A stretch of 64,000 nt of DNA, taken from the IMG/VR virus record IMGVR_UViG_3300025536_000001, positions 1 through 64,000 of that record; one strand, 5' to 3'. Source of the stretch: a virus. The translations under genes were made by a program, and so were the position numbers. The notes beneath the pieces were generated by a model. It ran no database searches, was not told the DNA's origin, and saw nothing but the letters and a program-made list of their open reading frames with translations. Positions 39,170 to 47,469 of the stretch are shown piece by piece. How positions within the stretch are numbered: position 1 is the stretch's first letter; every line of letters starts with the position of its first letter.

Positions 39170-39550
39170 ATGGGCTTAGATATGTACTTAACTGGCCGGC
39201 GGTCGCTGCGAAACAATTCTCGTCCAGAGATTGACGGACATCCTGTTTCTGCCGAAGAAGTTGATTTGGGTTATTGGAGAAAACACCCAAATCTCCACGG
39301 CTTCATCGTCAGAGAATTTGCCGAGGGAAGAGATGAGTGTCAGCAGATAGTTCTTTCTGAAGAGAATATCGGTGCTATCATTGCTGCAGTAGACGGCAAT
39401 ACTCTTCCACCCACATCAGGTTTCTTCTTTGGAACCAGTGATGGTTCGGAGAAGGAAGAGGATTTGAAAATCCTGAACTCAGCGTTAAAGTGGTTGGCCA
39501 ATGAGCAAGACGGTGAATATCGTTCGGTCAACTATCAAGCATCATGGTAA
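39170..39550 (+). CDS. Hypothetical protein (126 aa)
   Basis: AAGGAGGATAAAATG. ORF track. Confidence 0.65.
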   Translation: MGLDMYLTGRRSLRNNSRPEIDGHPVSAEEVDLGYWRKHPNLHGFIVREFAEGRDECQQIVLSEENIGAIIAAVDGNTLPPTSGFFFGTSDGSEKEEDLKILNSALKWLANEQDGEYRSVNYQASW

Positions 39551-39560
39551 GGAGAGAGAC

Positions 39561-39953
39561 ATGACAACAAACAAAGCACAACTGCTCGTCGATGATAAGA
39601 AACTTGTCGGCGATGATATCCTTCTGTGGGCACCGATGGTGCCTGTAGCCTCAAGAACACTCAGAACCTTCCAGAAGTATAAAGAGCTGGAAGAAAAGCT
39701 GAACACCGATAAGGCATTCCTGCGTGAGCAGGCTCTGGGCAGGAAAGTCTCGATCGTAATCGAGAACACCGGCACAGTGCAGATCAAGACTCCCCCTGAA
39801 TCAAAACCAACGAAGAGTTGGGTGGTTAATGGTGATGCTCTTGGGGCGCTGCCTATTTCCATCAAGAAGATGCTGATCAAGAAGGGTGTGATCAGGGTCG
39901 AGAAGAAACCCGCCAGAATATCCACAGCATCTGTGGATATCAGGCCAGTCTAA
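39561..39953 (+). CDS. Hypothetical protein (130 aa)
   Basis: Track ORF trimmed to ATG 39561 after AAGGAGAGAGAC. Confidence 0.6.
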   Translation: MTTNKAQLLVDDKKLVGDDILLWAPMVPVASRTLRTFQKYKELEEKLNTDKAFLREQALGRKVSIVIENTGTVQIKTPPESKPTKSWVVNGDALGALPISIKKMLIKKGVIRVEKKPARISTASVDIRPV

Positions 39954-39958
39954 ACTGT

Positions 39959-39995
39959 GTGAGCTATAGAAATAATTCTATAGCTCACCTTTTAT
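39959..39995 (+). terminator. Rho-independent terminator
   Basis: 13-bp stem GTGAGCTATAGAA/TTCTATAGCTCAC, ATAA loop, then CTTTTAT. Confidence 0.75.
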
Positions 39996-40010
39996 AAGGA
40001 GGTTGCAAAT

Positions 40011-40682
40011 ATGACGCTCACCTTTAGGGATGCAATGATACTCATCGGCGGGGTTTCTACCCCGTCGAAGATGCCGGGCTACTCTTGGAGCACATCGGCT
40101 CTTGATTGCCAAACCGGTACCCAGCTGCGCGAGAAGGAAGGCTCTGTATGCTCGGGCTGCTACGCGATGAAGGGGAACTACAGGTTCAAGAACGTCAAGG
40201 AGGCTCACAATAGGCGGCTTGAAGCCATAAAGAACCCGCGCTTTGTCGAAGCATTCTGTATAGTATTGAACTCCCTCTACTCAAAAACCAGGAAGGTTTA
40301 TGAGAAAGATGGTGTTGAGATACGAGAGAACAGGTTCCGCTGGCATGACTCGGGCGATATCCAATCGGTAGATCACTTGAAGATGATCGATGAGATAGCC
40401 CTGGAATGTCCTCATCTAGACTTCTGGTTACCAACGAAAGAATCCGGTATGTTAAATGAATTCATGAAGAAACATGAGTTTGCACCGAACCTAAATGTTC
40501 GCTTGTCTCACCCGATGATCGGTGGTACATTTAAGGTGAAGCCTAACGGGTTGAATTTTTCTACCGTTGGGGTGAAGGAGGCACCGAACCACTGCCCTGC
40601 ATACAATCAAGGTGGAAAGTGCTTGAGCTGCAACAACTGCTGGAACAGGGAGATCGTCAGTGTCAACTATCCAAAACACTAG
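40011..40682 (+). CDS. Cys-rich protein, possibly Gp88-family (uncertain)
   Basis: 223 aa. CQTG...CSGCYAMKGNYRF and C-terminal CPAYNQGGKCLSCNNCW suggest metal or Fe-S binding. The family name is from memory only. Confidence 0.4.
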   Translation: MTLTFRDAMILIGGVSTPSKMPGYSWSTSALDCQTGTQLREKEGSVCSGCYAMKGNYRFKNVKEAHNRRLEAIKNPRFVEAFCIVLNSLYSKTRKVYEKDGVEIRENRFRWHDSGDIQSVDHLKMIDEIALECPHLDFWLPTKESGMLNEFMKKHEFAPNLNVRLSHPMIGGTFKVKPNGLNFSTVGVKEAPNHCPAYNQGGKCLSCNNCWNREIVSVNYPKH

Positions 40683-40698
40683 AGAAGTGAGAAGAAGG

Positions 40699-40887
40699 AT
40701 GATTAGAATAGGGGATATCGTTACGGCGCCGGGTGGTGAGGGTGTAGGCCGGGTGAAGGCAATCCAAGGGGCTGCTGTCACTGTCATGCTCGACACTCAA
40801 ACCAACCTGGTGAAAAAATACTTCCTCGCAGCAGTAAAGAAGGCGCCGCTGTCGGAAGCAGCACAATGGGAGGAACTCAATGGCTAA
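40699..40887 (+). CDS. Hypothetical protein (62 aa)
   Basis: Track ORF trimmed to ATG 40699. Confidence 0.5.
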   Translation: MIRIGDIVTAPGGEGVGRVKAIQGAAVTVMLDTQTNLVKKYFLAAVKKAPLSEAAQWEELNG

Positions 40888-41092
40888 AAAGAAAAGGGAA
40901 ATCGTAAAGCATTCAGAAGCTGATGTTGTTATCGTCCAACTTATCGGTGGGAATAAGAAGGGAAAGAAAATCCTCTTTGAAGATATCCTTGCCGCCGCTC
41001 AGAAGAGAGACATCAACGTGATTGTTAGGCAGGTCGGAGAGGCCAGCCTGATCTATAACTTTGACCCGATGGAAGAAGCGTTTAAGAGATAG
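40880..41092 (+). CDS. Hypothetical protein (70 aa)
   Basis: ORF track. GGGAGGAA SD. Confidence 0.55.
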   Translation: MAKKKREIVKHSEADVVIVQLIGGNKKGKKILFEDILAAAQKRDINVIVRQVGEASLIYNFDPMEEAFKR

Positions 41093-41230
41093 GCCCCTGT
41101 CCACTCCAGGGCGGGTGTGCTTACCCGCGGCAAACAAAGTCCTATCGATGGTGTCGTCAGGGGTTTTGGGGAGGTTGCGTGATTATCCTCACCCACTTCA
41201 TATCAAAGCCGTGTAATAGGATAGAAGCAG

Positions 41231-41650
41231 GTGTGGCCTACCAGGGAGCAATCCCATACAGGGCCAACTTTTCAGGAGGAAGCTATTTCTAAGAAGAACA
41301 AAAAGAAGCGCATCATACCAAAAGGCGCCTGTTATTATTGCGAGAAGCCAATCTTCAAACGCACTGGCGGAGATTGGGAGAGGACGCTTAAGCATGATGA
41401 GGCGACTGAGGATCATATTCATCCCCTCTCTAGGGGCGGGAGAGACATACCTGAGAACAGGGTCATGTGTTGCCATGAGTGCAACCAGATAAAGGCTGAC
41501 CTTTCTCTTGAAGAATTCAAGCTTGTTTTACAGAGGAGAAAAGAAAATGACGGACGTGTTTTTGGAGCTGTCCCAGGGAAAGAGAAAAGTCCTCCAGAAG
41601 GTGGAGGAAATATCACAGGTCCACGAACAGAAGTGGGTCGAAAAAATTAA
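41231..41650 (+). CDS. HNH endonuclease
   Basis: CYYCEKP...EDHIHPLSRGGRDIPENRVMCCHECNQIK is a classical HNH motif. The start is uncertain (GTG 41231). Confidence 0.8.
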   Translation: MWPTREQSHTGPTFQEEAISKKNKKKRIIPKGACYYCEKPIFKRTGGDWERTLKHDEATEDHIHPLSRGGRDIPENRVMCCHECNQIKADLSLEEFKLVLQRRKENDGRVFGAVPGKEKSPPEGGGNITGPRTEVGRKN

Positions 41651-41867
41651 GGGGGAGAGGGCTCCTAAGGGCCCCAAGGGTGCGTTCATTGTGTCGAGCG
41701 TCAATGAGTGCAACCTGGCGGTAGAGGAAACTTACGGGGAAGTAGTATCAATGATGGTTCGCGCGGGAACCCTCATCATTTCCCTTGAGGGAGAGAAGTC
41801 TGAAGCCGCGCTTAAACTTGTAACAGAGGAGGAAGAACCTGATGAACCCGTTGCTGCAAAATCTTAA
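41547..41867 (+). CDS. Hypothetical acidic protein (106 aa), overlaps the HNH gene by 104 nt
   Basis: Track ORF trimmed to ATG 41547 after GAGGAGAAAAG. Confidence 0.5.
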   Translation: MTDVFLELSQGKRKVLQKVEEISQVHEQKWVEKIKGERAPKGPKGAFIVSSVNECNLAVEETYGEVVSMMVRAGTLIISLEGEKSEAALKLVTEEEEPDEPVAAKS

Positions 41868-42264
41868 GAAAGAACTGCCAGTCGTGCTGGTACCTGTCAA
41901 GGTTGAAGTGTCGGCACAGAAGATCTGTGATCAGTTGTGCGCTGCGTTTGAAGGAGGCAGCAATTACTGGTTACGAGCAGCCGCACTGATTGACTCCTTG
42001 GTTCCACCTAAGAAAGGTAACATCTGGTACGGACAAGAGAAAATTTACACCCCCGGTTTTAGATGTGAGTTGGGGTATGATGATCCAGAAGGTCCAGGTG
42101 AGACGGTGAAAATTATTACCTGGGATGATCTTGCGAAAGGTCTCCAGATTATGGCAGAGAAATATCCTCGGCATTTTGCAGACGTAATAGATGAGACCGG
42201 GGATGCCATCACTGGTGATGTCTACATTCAATGTGTTATCTTCGGAGAAATAGTATACGGATGA
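41842..42264 (+). CDS. Hypothetical protein (140 aa)
   Basis: ORF track. GAGGAGGAAG SD. Confidence 0.6.
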   Translation: MNPLLQNLKKELPVVLVPVKVEVSAQKICDQLCAAFEGGSNYWLRAAALIDSLVPPKKGNIWYGQEKIYTPGFRCELGYDDPEGPGETVKIITWDDLAKGLQIMAEKYPRHFADVIDETGDAITGDVYIQCVIFGEIVYG

Positions 42265-42275
42265 TCAAGTTTTAG

Positions 42276-42329
42276 TTGACACCTGAAATGGTTTCAGGCT
42301 ACGACTAGAAGACGCCACAATCATGTGGC
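42276..42329 (+). promoter_or_regulatory. TTGACA element followed by two short perfect hairpins
   Basis: TTGACA 42276-81. CCTGAAA-tgg-TTTCAGG at 42282-98. GCCACA-atca-TGTGGC at 42314-29. The -10 element is weak (TACGAC). Confidence 0.3.
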
Positions 42330-42348
42330 TTAAGTGAAGGAAGAAAAG

Positions 42349-42600
42349 ATGAAAACGAAAGTCAAAAAACAAGAAGTGATCAAGAACCTGAAGACAACCG
42401 GTTTTGGTACGATTGAACTCAAAGGTTTCGGGCGCCGTAAGCTTGAGAAGCTGATCGACGCAGCAAACCTGGGAAGCACTGATAAGTTCCAACCGGTGAA
42501 GATTACCATTGAAGCTGAGATCGTCGACATCTCGAACTCTTTCGATGGTAAGGGTCAAGAGTTCCAGCTGAGCGTCAAGAAGCTCAAGCAGGTCGCTTGA
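42349..42600 (+). CDS. Hypothetical protein (83 aa)
   Basis: Track ORF trimmed to ATG 42349 after GAAGGAAGAAAAG. Confidence 0.55.
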   Translation: MKTKVKKQEVIKNLKTTGFGTIELKGFGRRKLEKLIDAANLGSTDKFQPVKITIEAEIVDISNSFDGKGQEFQLSVKKLKQVA

Positions 42601-42791
42601 CATCCGACTCTGAAAAGAAGGTTGAGGAGACGGGGTTAACTCCCGTCTCCCATCTTCGTCTTCTGCAAGAGAAACGCGCAGAGGCACAAGCTTCTATCTA
42701 CGCACAGCTCACACGGTCGGGCATGTCCAGGAAAGAACGGCGAAGGATCAAGAGCCAAGTGAAGAAGGCCATCGTGAAGGGTATAAAATGA
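42597..42791 (+). CDS. Hypothetical basic protein (64 aa, TTG start)
   Basis: ORF track. TTGA overlap with the upstream stop. Confidence 0.45.
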   Translation: MTSDSEKKVEETGLTPVSHLRLLQEKRAEAQASIYAQLTRSGMSRKERRRIKSQVKKAIVKGIK

Positions 42792-43432
42792 AGATCATTC
42801 TTGTCTGCCGTTCAGGTGGAGACTACAGACCACAGCATGCCAACTGGTTGATGCAGCAGCTTCCTCAGGGGGCTAGGGTCTCTATCATTACGGATTTTAT
42901 ACACGCGAACTTCATCAGGAATGCCCACGTAATTCCGCTTGAGAACTCACACTGGCTTGGTTGGTGGAGCAAGATGGAATTGTTCAGACCGGGGGTTATT
43001 GTGGAGCCAACGCTTTATCTAGACCTGGATACGGTGATTAAAGAACTCCCCGGCAAATACTTCTTCAACAAGCGGAGCGTGGTGCTCTCTGATTTTTATA
43101 AGCCAGAGAGACCTGCATCAGGAATGATGCTCATTCGTCCGCAGGACTGCGCTTCTGTGTGGGATAAGTGGATCAAGTCTCCAGAACAATGGATGAGGGA
43201 GTGCGGCTCTCATGGTGATCAGGCATTCATCGGTCCTAATTTAAAGGCGGATAGATGGCAGACGCTATACCCAAAAGAGATCATCTCATACAAAGCACAG
43301 TGTGTGAAGGGGAACAGGTTCTATAGCCCAGACGCGGGAACCTTTGAGACCGCGAAGATCATTTGCTTTCATGGCAAACCCAGGCCCTGGGAATCAAAAC
43401 AGGATTGGATACCAACCTATGCAGGAGTATAA
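42788..43432 (+). CDS. Putative GT-A-fold glycosyltransferase
   Basis: 214 aa. N-terminal MKIILVCRSGGDY and a DxD-like YLDLDTVI resemble small phage nucleotide-sugar transferases (recall). Confidence 0.5.
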   Translation: MKIILVCRSGGDYRPQHANWLMQQLPQGARVSIITDFIHANFIRNAHVIPLENSHWLGWWSKMELFRPGVIVEPTLYLDLDTVIKELPGKYFFNKRSVVLSDFYKPERPASGMMLIRPQDCASVWDKWIKSPEQWMRECGSHGDQAFIGPNLKADRWQTLYPKEIISYKAQCVKGNRFYSPDAGTFETAKIICFHGKPRPWESKQDWIPTYAGV

Positions 43433-44093
43433 GGTAACGAAGCGTTGCCACAAGGTAGCTATCATAGCCAGTGGATTGAGCCTGGTTGGGGTGGACTTCT
43501 CCAACCATGGTTTTAGAAACGATGGGTATATAATCTGCGTGAATGATTCATGGAGGAATCCTCTTGCGCCAGACCCAGATTGTGTGGTGACGATTGACAC
43601 AGTGAAACTCACCGAGAGATTCAGAGGCTGTCCTCACAAGGTGATCGCAGGTGTTCCTGATAATTTCGGTACCCACAAAGCAAAAGAACCCATAGATAGG
43701 ATTCCTCCTAAAAGATCTCTGTTGACGATGAGACGGTTAGGGTTGCTTGGTTTTTCGGAAGACGAGGGCGCCATCCATAGCGGGGAGAATAGCGGGTACG
43801 CTGCCTTCAACCTGGCATACCTTATGAGACCAGAACATATATTCCTATTTGGGATAGACCTGACGAATATGGGACAGCATTGTCACCAACATACTGATCC
43901 TAGAAAGAGACTGCCTGTGACAGAGGACAGACTACCCGGTAATTTCTTCTCTGTAGTCCCTCAAGTAGAGAGTAAAGGCATCAAGGTGATAAACGGTTCC
44001 CTTATTAGTAAGGTGCCTCATTTCAGGCAGGTCTCCCCGCACGAAGCTATCCGCGCGTGGAACTTTATAGGGAGTGAAAATGATAGAGTTTAA
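43419..44093 (+). CDS. DUF115 (MptE/Maf-like) putative glycosyltransferase
   Basis: Track ORF trimmed to ATG 43419. VAIIASGLSL...GYIICVNDS and SGENSGYAAFNLAYLMRPEHIFLFGIDL fit the DUF115 pattern (G.GPSL ... N ... G.D). Confidence 0.5.
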   Translation: MQEYKVTKRCHKVAIIASGLSLVGVDFSNHGFRNDGYIICVNDSWRNPLAPDPDCVVTIDTVKLTERFRGCPHKVIAGVPDNFGTHKAKEPIDRIPPKRSLLTMRRLGLLGFSEDEGAIHSGENSGYAAFNLAYLMRPEHIFLFGIDLTNMGQHCHQHTDPRKRLPVTEDRLPGNFFSVVPQVESKGIKVINGSLISKVPHFRQVSPHEAIRAWNFIGSENDRV

Positions 44094-44556
44094 AGAGCTT
44101 CCAGTCCTGACTAAGAGGAGTCTTCTCCATGTATTCTTTTCGGGGAAGCAAGGAGACTATAGCACAAATCATTTCCATTTCCAGGGAAAGGACTATGACG
44201 CTGGGTATAGCCGGCTCTTCGTAAGAGACACCACAAACCAATGGTACAACACTGAGGATTATAGTAACGCGGTGTTGCGCATAAGGGAACGCTGTTCAAT
44301 GTTTGAAGATGTGATCTTCATAGGGTCAAGTATGGGTGGGTACGGGGCTCTTAAGTTTGCCCTCGACTTCAGACCAAGAAAGGTGTTGGCATTCTCTCCT
44401 CAAGTAGAGACGCCATTTGGTCCTGATCTTTCTTACTTGTATTCCAATGTGATGGAGAGGCCTGAGATTGAGATACATCTGTGTAGGACCTCGAAGAATA
44501 AAAACTGGGATGATCTGGGGGCAGCACAAAAATGTCCTTCTGTTCTAAAATTATAA
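44080..44556 (+). CDS. Alpha/beta-hydrolase-like protein, possibly truncated by a frame change
   Basis: GSSMGG is a nucleophile elbow. No catalytic His follows in this frame, but an overlapping frame (44514-44636) encodes ...KHDCDDHNCAEIL... Confidence 0.5.
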   Translation: MIEFKELPVLTKRSLLHVFFSGKQGDYSTNHFHFQGKDYDAGYSRLFVRDTTNQWYNTEDYSNAVLRIRERCSMFEDVIFIGSSMGGYGALKFALDFRPRKVLAFSPQVETPFGPDLSYLYSNVMERPEIEIHLCRTSKNKNWDDLGAAQKCPSVLKL

Positions 44557-44628
44557 AGCACGACTGCGATGATCATAACTGTGCAGAGATCCTAAAGAAT
44601 AAAGGAAAACTGCGGGAGATTATCCTCA

Positions 44629-45182
44629 ATGCGTAAGCGTGTGATGGTGGTTGCTCACCCAGATGATGAGACTATATGGGCGGGTGGACTTGTCCTCCTC
44701 AACCCAGGAGACTGGACTATTATCTCCTGCCAGATTCCTAAAATAGATCCTGTCAGGTCAGATAGTTTCCTACAAGCATGCCGGTTGTTGGGCGCAAAGG
44801 GTGTAAACAGGCCCCAGGCGTTAGACCCAGACTTCCACTTTAAGTTGGGGGATATGGATTTATCTGGATACGATCACATCGTTACACACGGGCAAAGGGA
44901 GAGTATGGTCACCCAGACCATATCAATCTTCATAACTTCGTCATTAAAAACTGGGCAAATAAACCTATCACCACTTTCGGGTATTTGTCCGGGAAGTATG
45001 TGTTGAGGTTAGACGCGCTGACAACTAATAAGAAGTTGGACGCGCTTAAAAAATACGACTACCTACGCTCCATGTATGAGAGCGGAAAGAACATTCCCAT
45101 GTGGAAATCTATAGTAAATAATAGATATAAAGGAGGTATAAGAATGGATGTGGAAACTTATGATGGAGCGTGGCCAATATGA
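44629..45182 (+). pseudogene. PIG-L/LmbE-family deacetylase split by a 1-nt frame change near 44894-44899
   Basis: Frame 1 gives MVVAHPDDETIWAGG...YDHIVTHGQR. The second family motif GEYGHPDHINLH continues only in the -1 frame, which then runs to 45182. The junction is at the homopolymer AAAGGG. Confidence 0.75.
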
Positions 45183-45829
45183 CGCACCCAAAAGCACCAG
45201 ACGAGTGGTTCAACCAGAGGATCATAGAAGGAAACGGTATCTTTGATCGTGATTCCTACGAGCTGATGATGTCAGCTGTGAAAAGTTTCAGGACAGCTAT
45301 CGATATTGGGGCGCACGTGGGAACCTGGTCTATCCCTATGGCGTCTCACTTCAAACAAGTCATGTCTTTTGAACCTGACTGGGTGAATTTCAAATACCTC
45401 CTGGCTAATACGTCTGGGATTAATAACATCATCAAGCACAACATAGCTCTTGGTGCTGCTAATGAGTGGGTAGGAATGGAGAAGGGGTCAGAGAATAGTG
45501 GTCAGAGTTTCATATCGACCAACACAAAAAATCTATCCCAACCAATTCTCATGGCAGCTTTGGACGATTACGATCTTTCAGGAGTAGATCTAATCAAAAT
45601 AGATACTGAGGGATTTGAGTTGAATGTATTGAGAGGGGCAGCGTTTACGATAGCAAAGTGCTCACCAGTTATAATGGTGGAGCTAAATGGTTTGGGTAAA
45701 CGCTACGGAATCATGGACTCGCAGGTGAAAGAGTTCCTGGAGAGCTTGAGCTATAAACTATTTGGAAAACAAAATAAGGATTATGTGTATGTCAGAAAAT
45801 ACGATGGACAGACCTATCCCCTGTCCTAA
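45179..45829 (+). CDS. FkbM-family methyltransferase
   Basis: AIDIGAHVGTWSI...FEPD...IKIDTEGFELNVLRGA matches the FkbM signature. ATGA coupling to the deacetylase C-terminal frame. Confidence 0.75.
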   Translation: MTHPKAPDEWFNQRIIEGNGIFDRDSYELMMSAVKSFRTAIDIGAHVGTWSIPMASHFKQVMSFEPDWVNFKYLLANTSGINNIIKHNIALGAANEWVGMEKGSENSGQSFISTNTKNLSQPILMAALDDYDLSGVDLIKIDTEGFELNVLRGAAFTIAKCSPVIMVELNGLGKRYGIMDSQVKEFLESLSYKLFGKQNKDYVYVRKYDGQTYPLS

Positions 45830-46130
45830 CTGCGGGAAGAACCTTCTGCTAGATGTGACTACAGAGGCTTATCGTTGTTCCTGTAAGGCCAAACTTGTTG
45901 AACGCTCGATGGATCTAATAGGGCTCTGCTGTCCAAGATGCAACTCTAGTGCTCCGCACTTCATGCCGTTCTTCAGTGAGCAGGGAGCAGTCTGCGCTAT
46001 CGCATGCTTCTCATATGCATGCCAGGGGACGACGATGATCTTCATCAAGAACGGAGTATTGGAATCTGTTGAGGTTGGACATATAAAAAGGTACGAAGAC
46101 GATGATCCGAATTTTAAAGAACCAGCTTGA
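45789..46130 (+). CDS. Zinc-ribbon protein (113 aa)
   Basis: CPNCG...CSC and CCPRC motifs. ATG 45789 lies 8 nt after TAAGGA. Confidence 0.5.
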   Translation: MSENTMDRPIPCPNCGKNLLLDVTTEAYRCSCKAKLVERSMDLIGLCCPRCNSSAPHFMPFFSEQGAVCAIACFSYACQGTTMIFIKNGVLESVEVGHIKRYEDDDPNFKEPA

Positions 46131-46596
46131 CCAGGAGGAATTTAAATCGTATCTAGAGAAATTGGGCGCAGACTTCTCTAAGGAGTCTCCGTTCTTTTCG
46201 TTCAGGGTATCTGAACGATGCTACACTCGGTTCTACGACAAGGTGTATGTAGACGGGTGGGATCTAATAGGGCCAGAAGAAAACCTGGTTCTAAATTTTA
46301 TCGAAAGGAAGACTGAGATGGAAACAAGCGCAGTAAAGAAAGAGATCGAAGACAACGGCATTGAGCAGCAGGCGCTTTCAACAGCAGAGTTTATTCCTGT
46401 TGAGAGTTCCAACCTGGAAGCTGTAGCCTATGTCGCGGAGCAAAGCCTGCTCTTCATTCGCTTCAAAAGCACCGGGACCTATGCGTTCTATAGCGTATCC
46501 CCCGACACTTTCAAGACGCTTCTGGGCGCCGAGAGCAAGGGCACGTTCTTCAACGATACCATCAAGGGAAAGTACAGCTACGCAAAGGTGGCCTGA
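46102..46596 (+). CDS. KTSC-domain protein
   Basis: C-terminus VESSNLEAVAYVAEQSLLFIRFKSTGTYAFYSVSPDTFKTLLGAESKGTFFNDTIKGKY fits the KTSC domain. Confidence 0.7.
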   Translation: MIRILKNQLDQEEFKSYLEKLGADFSKESPFFSFRVSERCYTRFYDKVYVDGWDLIGPEENLVLNFIERKTEMETSAVKKEIEDNGIEQQALSTAEFIPVESSNLEAVAYVAEQSLLFIRFKSTGTYAFYSVSPDTFKTLLGAESKGTFFNDTIKGKYSYAKVA

Positions 46597-46778
46597 TGGA
46601 TAGACAAGAACTATCGATCTACTGGAACTACTCAATGGCAGTCTACAGAAATACGGTCGACGCAGAGACGCTCGATGGTCGTATTGATGTGATGCTACAA
46701 TATACGGAGATCAGCCCGTGGCTAAGAACAAAACTCACCGGTCTCCAGACCGTAAACAAGAGGAAGTTAGCCGCTTAA
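46596..46778 (+). CDS. Hypothetical protein (60 aa)
   Basis: ORF track. TGATG and TAATG coupling at its ends. Confidence 0.5.
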   Translation: MDRQELSIYWNYSMAVYRNTVDAETLDGRIDVMLQYTEISPWLRTKLTGLQTVNKRKLAA

Positions 46779-47458
46779 TGACTGCGTATCCGTTTGGACT
46801 CCACCAAGACCCCGAAAACGGGGCTTGGTGGATGCTCCAAAAGAACGCAGCGCATAACGCGATCGGACTTCCTGAAACCACCTGCCCATTTGTAGTCCCT
46901 ACCAGAGGGGAATGCCCTCACCAGGTAAGACTTACTGGTGAATATCCAGAGAGCAACATATTATCAGACTTTGCAGAACTGCTGGACAACCCAGGTATTC
47001 TAAATCACTTCCTACCTATGGTGTCTCTACCCACAAAGATCATGGTGATCAGGGCGCGTCCTAACCATCACAGGTTGGTGGCGAACCTTCATAAGCTGTC
47101 TTGCCCAACAGCAAACATGTGTGTTGTACTGACGGGGCCTGTCTCGCCCATCATAAAGAAAGCAGCCGTGGCTTCTCTTTCTAATATGGGGCACCTTCTT
47201 ATCATAGGTGCTACCGACTTCGCCTCATATAAGCTCAGAGAGATAGTGAACCAATGCCTGGTGACCAATACTAAGCTGACGATCATCTCTGAGGACGATC
47301 TTACGCTATCAAGCCGTGGTGGTCAGTACGCCAAAGTGACTCTCGAACAGGAGTCAAAGATATTCGATTTCCTTTCTGTTTGGGGGGAGGAGGATGAACA
47401 GTTCCCAACCTTGGGGGCTTATTATCTATACAACAAGATGCGTGGAAATAGTATTTAG
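46778..47458 (+). CDS. Hypothetical protein (226 aa)
   Basis: Track ORF trimmed to ATG 46778. Confidence 0.55.
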   Translation: MTAYPFGLHQDPENGAWWMLQKNAAHNAIGLPETTCPFVVPTRGECPHQVRLTGEYPESNILSDFAELLDNPGILNHFLPMVSLPTKIMVIRARPNHHRLVANLHKLSCPTANMCVVLTGPVSPIIKKAAVASLSNMGHLLIIGATDFASYKLREIVNQCLVTNTKLTIISEDDLTLSSRGGQYAKVTLEQESKIFDFLSVWGEEDEQFPTLGAYYLYNKMRGNSI

Positions 47459-47469
47459 AGGAGGGAAGA

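Noticed and set aside
42265-42687. 140-aa minus-strand ORF (and similar antisense ORFs at 25667-26155, 26347-26808, 31805-32302, 32946-33386 and 37043-37630)
   Set aside because: Each lies opposite tightly coupled plus-strand genes with good SDs, lacks its own SD or promoter, and has skewed low-complexity composition.
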